A stretch of DNA of 64,000 bases from Novakomyces olei (Eukaryota): the NCBI GenBank assembly GCA_016906335.1, contig JADEYG010000003.1, forward strand, positions 930,001-994,000. The letters run 5' to 3'. Position 1 is the first letter of the stretch. Each line of letters starts with the position of its first letter. Shown here piece by piece: positions 58,298-64,000 of the stretch. The translations under genes and the position numbers were made by a program. The notes under the pieces are model-generated. The model did no database searches. It was not told the origin of the DNA and saw only the letters and a program-made list of their open reading frames with translations.

Positions 58298-59734
58298 CTA
58301 CGCTCCGCGAGAAAAGCTCAAGTAATCTTGGAAAATGGACCAGTCCCATCCAAAACTGGCGCGAACAATTTCCTGAGCCAATTGCACGTGCCGCTCTGCG
58401 TCCACGAGCCCATCCTGCCGCAGATCACGGATCGAGTGTAGAGCGGACTCGTGCTCTTTGGCCAGACCATTACGCATATTTTCCAAGCAAGCAGAGTTAG
58501 CCCAGTTATGGTTTATCGATATTGTAACACTGGTTTAGTAAGTAATCAATCCTGTTGTTTTTTGTCGAGAGCATACATCCCTGTTTATTCATTTATATTT
58601 ATATTTATGTTTTAGTTATATTTTCATTTTAATTATATATATTTTTTTTAATTTTATTTATAATTTCATTTTAATAATATCTTTCAATTATTTGTTGGCT
58701 TACCCTTGATTGAGGACGGAGTGGTGCCAACCGCTAGGCACGAATATTGATTCGCCCGCGTGTTGGGCGACATTGTACTTTTTGCCCGTGCGAGGATCAA
58801 AGAGAGTCCAGTGTTTAATGCCATAGATGTTGGTTGACCAAGAGTGTGAATAATATACGTCATAGTGAAGGCCGGTTTGGCTTCCATCGCAGCCAAAGTA
58901 GACTGCATGTTAGACAATTGAGGGTAAGCAGGACCGTCGTACCAAATCGGAAATCGTCATTGTGCCGTGCGAGGTAGTAATCGTTCAGCCAGTCGTCTGC
59001 AATGGTTAGGGCAAATGAAAAGGGTAAAAGTAATAAAATAATTCTCGATTGACGGCGAAAATTGGGAGAGCAAGTGTAGTCACTTTTACAAAGAATAGCA
59101 CAAAGCATTTGTGCGAGGTAATAATGCGATGGACAATGTTTCAATCATATTTTATCGGACATTGCAATTTTGTCGTAATTTATGAAAACATAAAGTCAGT
59201 GAAAAAGCAAAAAAGTAAAGCATCAAGCCAATGAAGCCAGACAAGTCGCCTTCAAAATTACCACTAAACACGTCCGGTACGCGATACACGTTCTCGTACC
59301 GCGGAAACTGTTGTAAAAAATGCCAATCTTTCACGTAAGGTGTACCAGTGACACGTGCGCGAGTTTCCCTGCCCCCGTGAGTGTGGTCTTTCACCAAGTC
59401 CAGGAAACAAGCAAATGCTGCCTCCTCTGTCCGTGGCTCTTTGCTATCGCTATCCCACCAAATTGTAACCTTTGCATCTCGCAATGTTTCCCAAAACTCC
59501 CAGCGCGGGACCTGTGTGCCATCTTCGAGCGTCTTTACAAAAAGCCCAAGTGCTGGCCAGTCTTGCACTAGAGCACGACCGAAGCGCACCGGCTTGAGCG
59601 GGTTTAGAAAGCCTTTAAAGTCAGATTTCAGTGTTTAAAGACGGATGAATACTCTCTGTAAACTCGGCTTTGCTCAGCGGCTCTGGGAAAAAGGCAATAT
59701 TCTCGCTAGAGTCATTGCCCTTCTCCAGAGTCAT
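58298..59734 (-). CDS. JmjC dioxygenase, JMJD4-like (5 exons; 3' end uncertain)
   Basis: YVKDWHF, DDWLN..DDFRFVYFG..TGLHYDV..SHSWSTNIYGIKHW..IFVPSGWHHSVLN, ISINHNWAN. Confidence 0.88.
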
Positions 59735-60098
59735 GCTTGTTGGGGCAAGAGTAGTACACAATTGGAATGGCTCTACCGTAACAAATACAAATTGGCAGAC
59801 TGCTGACGCAATGTCAGATAAAAACAGATACAAAGTCGGGCTCAAGAACGAGCGAATGCAAAGTCAATTCGTAAAGACAAAACCATATCGATAATCCAAT
59901 CATTGCCCAATGGCAAACATGTTAAATCTTTCTTAAGTCGCCTTTGCGACTTGATTATTCGTCTATTAATCGGTTAATTAATTTTACTAATTTTTTTATT
60001 TTTACTAATTTTTTATTTTTACTATTATTTAACAATAATAGCTAAATAAATTATTATTTACTGTTCATGTGGCATTTCATAGTACGATTGTTGCTTAT

Positions 60099-60313
60099 TG
60101 TTGAAGATAAAAGGTTGGAATTTGTTCTTATGGTAGATTAAATGAATTAGAAACTCTAGATTGCTTTAGCTGAATCCCCCGAGAGTATGAGGGTTCGCTT
60201 GAGCTATATATGTATGTAACTATGTATTTTTGAGTGAGTTTTCTGTAAAGCTAAAAGTCAAACAACTGACACTCATGGTTGGATTGTCTTAACCGGTCAG
60301 TGAGTCGGCAAGT

Positions 60314-60384
<71 letters not shown>

Positions 60385-60411
60385 AGGGGATAATAGATTC
60401 ATATTTCAACA
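60099..60411 (+). mobile_element. LTR copy 2 (full length)
   Basis: 7-bp terminal inverted repeat TGTTGAA/TTCAACA; homologous to 51203-51433. Confidence 0.9.
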
Positions 60412-60417
60412 CATTAA

Positions 60418-60545
60418 TTCTTGTATTAGTAAATTCTTGTATTAGTAAATTCTTGTATTAGTAAATTCTTGTATTAGTAAGTTCTTGTATTAGTAAATTC
60501 TTGTATTAGTAAGTCCTGTTATCAGTAAGTTCTTGTATTAGTAAG
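60418..60545 (+). repeat. 16-bp tandem repeat x8 (TTCTTGTATTAGTAAR); seven units contain TTAGTAA
   Basis: Units start at 60418, 60434, 60450, 60466, 60482, 60498, 60514 (degenerate) and 60530. Confidence 0.95.
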
Positions 60546-60728
60546 ATCAAGGAGCATGGCTAGCAAGGTTGGCGATCAGATGACAAATGGGCTGGCTGTA
60601 ATTTGCAAAGGCGCAATTTGTCAGCCACAAACTGACTCAATATATAAAGCCTCATGTACTCTCTATAGCGTATCAAGCAGCACCGAAGCATCAAGAGCAT
60701 CGTCCTAAACAGAACTTTTTAACCTACA

Positions 60729-61466
60729 ATGTCTGCCGATACTGTGTATTTTGTCTCAGGCGCTAACCGTGGTCTTGGTTTGGGATTTGTTAAAGATCTC
60801 GTGGCTAGAACCAATACAACTGTTTTCGCGGGCGTACGTGAGCCCAGCAAGGCTAGCTCAGAGCTTCGCGATCTTGCAGCCAAGTTCAAGAATCTTACAA
60901 TTGTCAAACTGGAGTCTACCAAGCCAGAAGACGCACTGACAGCGATTGAAACTGTCAAAAAGGTTTCAGGAAAGCTTGATGTTGTGATTGCCAATGCCGG
61001 CATTGCGCAGCCAATTCCGAGCCTGGAAGCAATGCCTGTTGAAGCCATCTCGGAACACTACGAAGTGAACGTTGTTGGGCCAGTAGCACTTTTCAAGGCG
61101 GCTCTTCCTCTGCTCAAGAAAAGCAGCAATGCCAAATTCATTGGTGTGTCTACTGTGGCTGCATCGATATCAGACATGTCACTTCCTACAAATGCTTACG
61201 GAGCAAGCAAGGCGGCACTGAACTACTTTCTCAAAGATGCTCATGTTGAGCATCACGAGAAAGATGGCATTACCGTTTACCCTGTGCATCCCGGCTTGGT
61301 GGAGACTGACATGTCTGCCCCTTTTCTTCCAATGGCCATTCAGGCTGGCTTAACTCCTATTAGCGTCACCCAGAGTGCAAATGATCTTTTCAAGCTTATT
61401 GACAGCGATGATAAATCTTTGAGTGGAAAGTTCTGGTCTTACACGGGCGATGAGATTGCTTATTAG
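60729..61466 (+). CDS. Short-chain dehydrogenase/reductase (Nor-1-like ketoreductase type), intronless
   Basis: SGANRGLG (GxxxGxG), IANAG, YGASK (YxxxK), VHPGLVETDM. TATATAAA at about 60641 and TGACTCA at 60633-60639. Confidence 0.93.
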   Translation: MSADTVYFVSGANRGLGLGFVKDLVARTNTTVFAGVREPSKASSELRDLAAKFKNLTIVKLESTKPEDALTAIETVKKVSGKLDVVIANAGIAQPIPSLEAMPVEAISEHYEVNVVGPVALFKAALPLLKKSSNAKFIGVSTVAASISDMSLPTNAYGASKAALNYFLKDAHVEHHEKDGITVYPVHPGLVETDMSAPFLPMAIQAGLTPISVTQSANDLFKLIDSDDKSLSGKFWSYTGDEIAY

Positions 61467-62140
61467 GCTAAACCATTTTGCCTTTTGAGTTTGGTCTCTT
61501 TTATTATACGATCCAAACCGAGGCACTGGTCTTCGCTGTTTCAAAGTTTTTGCTTTTTTGTTTAATGTCTAGAGTTTTAATTTGAATAATAGTACCAATC
61601 TTGCTTTTTTAAATAAATCACAAATAGCGTTCTAAAATAAATAGTACTTTAGATACTGCGGTATGGACATGTCCAAGATAGAACTGCAAAAGCAGTTCTT
61701 TGGAGTGATGAAAAGGTAGGCTTCAATTGTAGTAAACAAATGACGCAGATAACTTCGAGATATTGTGTACTGGCCAATAAGGGGAAGATTACAGTGGCTA
61801 TAGAAATGCTAGACTGATACTTTCATGCCTATAGGTCAGTTTGAGCCAATTGCCCAAAGAGGTAATCAAGTTTATAACGGAGTTCCTACTTCTGAATGCA
61901 TCATACATACTCTTCACCTCTACAGCTCGTACTTTCTTATCCGCATAGAGACTATTGGGCTTGTCTATCGTACCAAGTGGCCTTGTTGAATTATCTGGTT
62001 GAAAGAGGCGGGTTTAGGTAGCAAATGAATTTATCCGTGTCTCTGGTTTTGCAGGATTTAAAATTGCGTGGGCTGCTTTATTTTTTTGGCGCAAATAGTG
62101 CCCGCGCGAGAGATAGAAGCGCGTTGATCCTACAATACCT

Positions 62141-62733
62141 ATCTTCAATAGTACAAGAGCCGACTTTCAAGCCTATTGCACATGGGCCAGGATCGAAAGC
62201 CAATGTATTGTCTTGAAGAATACCAGTAAAATTGGCATTGTAGTATGGGGCTATGGTCTTTGGTATCGATCTCAATAATGTCGAGTGGGACACGTTTGAG
62301 TTGATAGGAAATGCACTTTATGAGCATAAGTTACTGGTATTCATAGAACAGCCGCACATGCTTATGCTTGAAAACCAATTTTGTTTGACGCACGCGTTTT
62401 GATAGAGAGCGTAGATCACGCGAAAACTCACATGACCAAGTCTCTCAGCGGCAGAACGAGCCGAAGGCAAAACCGATTTTATCAATGGCATTCTGATGGG
62501 GCGCTGTATGACTCGCCTCCGCCAATAGTAGGCTGTTTGCTAGCAATTCAGACACCGAAAGGGCCCGATATCTGTTTCTCGTGGCACAGCGACTACTATA
62601 AAGAGGATTTCAGTATCGATAATGCGCCGTGGTCCACCGCGAGGTCCACCGCGAGTATGTGACCAGAAGAGCAGTGTGTGTTGACTGCAAAACAGTGTTC
62701 TCGGGAGCCCAAGAATTTGAGCTGCTAAGTGAG
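62141..62733 (+). pseudogene. Degenerate alpha-ketoglutarate-dependent xanthine dioxygenase (XanA/TauD-like) fragment
   Basis: FKPIAHGPGSKAN|YGAMVFGIDLNN..IGNALYEHKLLVF, then a frameshift/deletion, then RFYQWHSDGALYDSPPPIVGCLLA and STA|MFSGAQEFELLSE. Two GT..AG introns. Truncated at the 3' LTR. Confidence 0.8.
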
Positions 62734-62990
<257 letters not shown>

Positions 62991-63193
62991 CTTATATATA
63001 ATTGCATGGATAATAAATAGGCATTTAGGTATACGTTTACATGTGGGACAGTGCTATTCCATACATTAATGGAATAATAAAAATAATCTACTTGTCCGCC
63101 AACACAAACTACACAACGACGCGTGGCTTTTAAATTCCTGTGCGGCACTGCACTCCATTGGCTCCGGAATTTACTGCCACTGAGCGGATAGCG

Positions 63194-64000
63194 ATGAATG
63201 TGACCAAGAAGGATGAAGATGGTACGAAGATTGTTATTCAATTCGTTTACTAACGCCTCCCGCAGAGCCAAACACTTTTGCTGGACTGAACAAGGTGCAG
63301 GTGCTTCAAGATGCACGCATCTTCAATCAGTCAAACGTTTCGCTGCTGCGCTGCCGGCTAGTGCTGAGCAAGATCGCGTACTTGCTTGACACTGGCGAGG
63401 TCTTTGCACCTCGCGAAGCGACAGAGATCTTTTTCAATATGACAAAGCTATTTCAACATAAGAACGTAAGCACTAGAACATGAGGAGGAAGAATAATGTA
63501 TAAAAAACAACAAAACAAATCAGAAATGGAAACGATGAACAGTGAAATGGAAATGAAAATGATTAATTGATGATTGATGAATTGAATACTAAGTGATAGG
63601 AAAAACTGCGACAAATGGTGTACGTCGTGATCAAGCAAATGGCACTCGTAGCCGAGGATGTTATTATGGTGACAAGTATTATAATGAAGGACACTGCTCT
63701 GCCGTCGGACGTGCTCTACCGTCCCAATTCGATCCGTGCTCTGTGTCGCGTAATTGACGCGAGTACTGTTCCCGCAATTGAGCGTTTAGTAAAAACTGCG
63801 ATTGTGGATAAAAATGCGACTGTGTCTTCTGCAGCTCTCGTTTCATCGTACCACTTGTTACCAGTTGCTCGCGAAATTGTGCGCCGATGGGCAAACGAGA
63901 CACAGGAGGCAGTTGTATCTCCACAAGTCGGCTCTCAAGTAGCTACTACTCCTTACTTTGCTAAGCTGGGCTACAAGACTCCTCCTTCCAACTTGACTCA
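63194..64000 (+). CDS. SEC21: Coatomer subunit gamma, 5' part (runs off window)
   Basis: MNVTKKDED|..VLQDARIFNQS..RCRLVLSKIAYLL..FFNMTKLFQHK|..LRQMVYVVIK..EDVIMVTSIIMKD..YRPNSIRALCR. Confidence 0.93.

Noticed and set aside
60418-60545. Possible CRISPR-like array
   Set aside because: Head-to-tail repeats without spacers, eukaryotic context, no cas genes

Overview
Gene-dense, intron-containing fungal genomic DNA from an ascomycete, probably an early-diverging yeast-like lineage (inferred from GT..CTRAY..YAG/AAG introns and ortholog content). About 29 protein-coding genes can be supported: HOM6, ETP1/BRAP2, SMC1, SEC20, YJU3-like lipase, AFI1/MesA, separase, an unpaired histone H2B, CDH1, an RRG8-like protein, a flavin reductase, a PHO4/NUC-1-like bHLH, a PH-domain protein, a UPF0656-like protein, a myosin light chain, XKS1, HSP90, AcrB/NNF2-like, MIR1, VPS5, MMT1/2, S-formylglutathione hydrolase, DUF5321-like, a BCL7/Rtt102-like protein, a SPOUT methyltransferase, a second bHLH, JMJD4-like, an SDR and partial gamma-COP. 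There is also a candidate snR32-type H/ACA snoRNA and many AT-rich microsatellites. The standout is a small LTR family (TG..CA ends, 5-bp TSDs). One copy is a solo LTR at 51203-51433. The other two bound a 2.9-kb LTR-cargo-LTR unit (60099-62990, TSD CTTAT) with no retroelement genes. Its cargo is an intact SDR gene behind a tandem array of Yap1/Pap1-type sites, plus an intron-containing xanthine-dioxygenase-like pseudogene. Product names come from motif recognition, not database searches, and exon boundaries were called by eye.
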